From the NCBI GenBank assembly GCA_900556135.1, contig USNR01000006.1, forward strand, positions 2,458 through 42,457: 40,000 nt of DNA. The letters run 5' to 3'. Positions 38,961 to 40,000 of this stretch are shown piece after piece. Every line of letters begins with the position of its first letter. Within the stretch, counting starts at the first letter, position 1. The notes below the pieces were generated by a model. The model had not been told where the DNA came from. It did not search any database and saw only the letters and a program-made list of their open reading frames with translations. A program made the position numbers and the translations under genes. This DNA is from an uncultured Clostridium sp. (GTDB lineage: Bacteria; Bacillota; Clostridia; TANB77; CAG-508).

Positions 38961-38974
38961 ATACCTTTGCTTAA

Positions 38975-39223
38975 TTAAATCATATATACAATTCCTAAAA
39001 CTATAGTATATACTAAGAATGTAACACCTAGTATTATAGTCCATTTCTTCATTTTTCCTTCACGAGTTCTTGTTTTATTTTTCTCGTAGAAGTTATTTGT
39101 TGAAGAACCTGTAATAGTTCCAGAAGCTCCTTTGCTATCTCTGTTTTGCATCATTACAAGGATTATTAATCCTAAGCATATTATTAAGTATATGGCTACA
39201 ATTATATATTTTACTACTTGCAT
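38975..39223 (-). CDS. secG: Preprotein translocase subunit SecG
   Basis: Two TM helices flank a Gly/Ser-rich loop (QNRDSKGASGTITGSS). The start is moved to the ATG at 39223, after AAGGAG. The position upstream of rnr is conserved in Firmicutes. Confidence 0.8.
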   Translation of the reverse strand: MQVVKYIIVAIYLIICLGLIILVMMQNRDSKGASGTITGSSTNNFYEKNKTRTREGKMKKWTIILGVTFLVYTIVLGIVYMI

Positions 39224-39420
39224 TTTCAACTTCTCCTTTTGCTCTTTCTTTATTGACTTACTTATTGTACCACATAATATTTTAAAAAGCAAGAATACTC
39301 AAACAATATTTTATTTTTTCGTTAATTTTATTTTCTAAAAACCTTCCATTTAAATTAATTATATGATATAATTATGTTGTTTGAATTTGAAATTAACTAT
39401 TTAATAGGAGGATTTATAAT

Positions 39421-39879
39421 ATGGCAATGTGGCAAATTTGGTTAATTGTTGCAGGAGTATGTTTTGTTTTAGAAATTGCTACTGTAGGATTCTTAATTTT
39501 TTGGTTTGCGGTTGCTGCGTTAGTTACTTGCATTCTTAGCATTTTTATAAGTAATGTTGTAGTTCAGACTGCGATTTTTGTAATTTTATCTGCTTTATTA
39601 ATTTTATTAACAAGACCTTTTGCAGAAAAAATTGCTAATAATGATAATGCCATTACAAATGCTAATAGAATTATTGGTAAAGAAGCTATTGTAAAGAAAG
39701 AAATCACCCCTATTCAAAATGGTCAAATAAAAATAGGTGGAGATATTTGGACAGCAACTTTAAGTAGTTCTTGCACTGATAATATTCCTGAAGGAAACGC
39801 TGTAGAAATCGTTGATATTGACGGAGTAAAAGCTGTTGTAAAGCCTGTAAAAGTAGCTAGCACTGCTTCAAATAAATAA
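39421..39879 (+). CDS. NfeD-family membrane protein
   Basis: Three N-terminal TM helices are followed by a C-terminal OB-like domain (GKEAIVKKEITPIQNGQIKIGGDIWTA). An RBS (AGGAGG) is present. Confidence 0.8.
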   Translation: MAMWQIWLIVAGVCFVLEIATVGFLIFWFAVAALVTCILSIFISNVVVQTAIFVILSALLILLTRPFAEKIANNDNAITNANRIIGKEAIVKKEITPIQNGQIKIGGDIWTATLSSSCTDNIPEGNAVEIVDIDGVKAVVKPVKVASTASNK

Positions 39880-39945
39880 GTTTTTAGTTTTATTGTATCT
39901 AATTAAAATACAATATTTATATATAATATTTTAAGGAGGAAAATT

Positions 39946-40000
39946 ATGACTTTTTTAATTATACTATTAATCATAATTGCAATCATTGCATTTAAATCTA
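39946..40000 (+). CDS. Start of a membrane-anchored protein, probably the SPFH/band-7 partner of NfeD (partial, runs off the right edge)
   Basis: AAGGAGGAAAATT precedes an ATG, and the translation begins with the hydrophobic MTFLIILLIIIAIIAFKS. NfeD genes are typically followed by an SPFH gene. Only 18 codons are visible. Confidence 0.4.
   Translation, partial: MTFLIILLIIIAIIAFKS

Noticed and set aside
38746-38974. Extremely T-rich (plus strand), repetitive-looking 230-nt spacer between secG and rnr, considered as a possible repeat array, CRISPR remnant or small ORF (83-aa track ORF 38723..38974).
   Set aside because: There are no regularly spaced repeats. The ORF is a poly-Phe/Leu low-complexity artefact. 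The region is best read as the secG terminator plus the A-rich promoter and 5' UTR of rnr.
1-40000. Prophage, integrative element, defence island or CRISPR-Cas content.
   Set aside because: No integrase, transposase, recombinase, phage structural, restriction-modification, Cas or toxin-antitoxin-like ORFs are recognisable. The only accessory-looking genes are the pilin-like pair, the polytopic membrane protein and the divergent helicase, which are reported above.

Overview
Low-GC, Firmicutes/Clostridia-like chromosomal window, almost entirely coding and mostly on the minus strand. The taxonomic call is an inference from codon usage, AGGAGG-type ribosome-binding sites (RBS) and gene order. Most of it is conserved housekeeping: dnaG (partial), carD, dut, tyrS, mnmA, the ylxM-ffh-rpsP-KH-rimM-trmD-rplS operon, rimO, capA, a MacB/FtsX-type ABC pair, dnaE, yraN, dprA, comM, a NodB deacetylase, an S4 protein, addA, rnr, secG and nfeD. 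I saw no CRISPR array, transposase, integrase, rRNA or tRNA. The parts worth a second look are these. (1) Two paralogous genes (9159..10379 and 34126..35292) share a near-identical non-canonical pilin-like N-terminal module but carry unrelated C-terminal domains (FGE-sulfatase/C-type-lectin-like versus BspA-type LRR). The first appears co-transcribed with a 607-aa polytopic membrane protein. (2) A locally GC-rich, helix-forming ~330-nt segment with its own promoter lies upstream of the LRR paralog, and I could not assign it to any RNA family by eye. (3) comM and addA are each interrupted by a single extra C placed directly before a glycine codon of their Walker A motifs. (4) A very divergent 589-aa DnaB-family helicase is present. 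(5) Ribosomal protein L19 carries a ~60-aa acidic C-terminal extension. (6) There are small intergenic oddities: a consensus promoter driving a ~100-nt hairpin-rich transcript, and a 22-nt repeat in direct/inverted/direct arrangement. (7) Expected synteny is broken: addA has no addB, and rnr has no smpB/ssrA. All functional calls rest on motifs I recognised in the supplied translations or in my own translation; no database search was possible.
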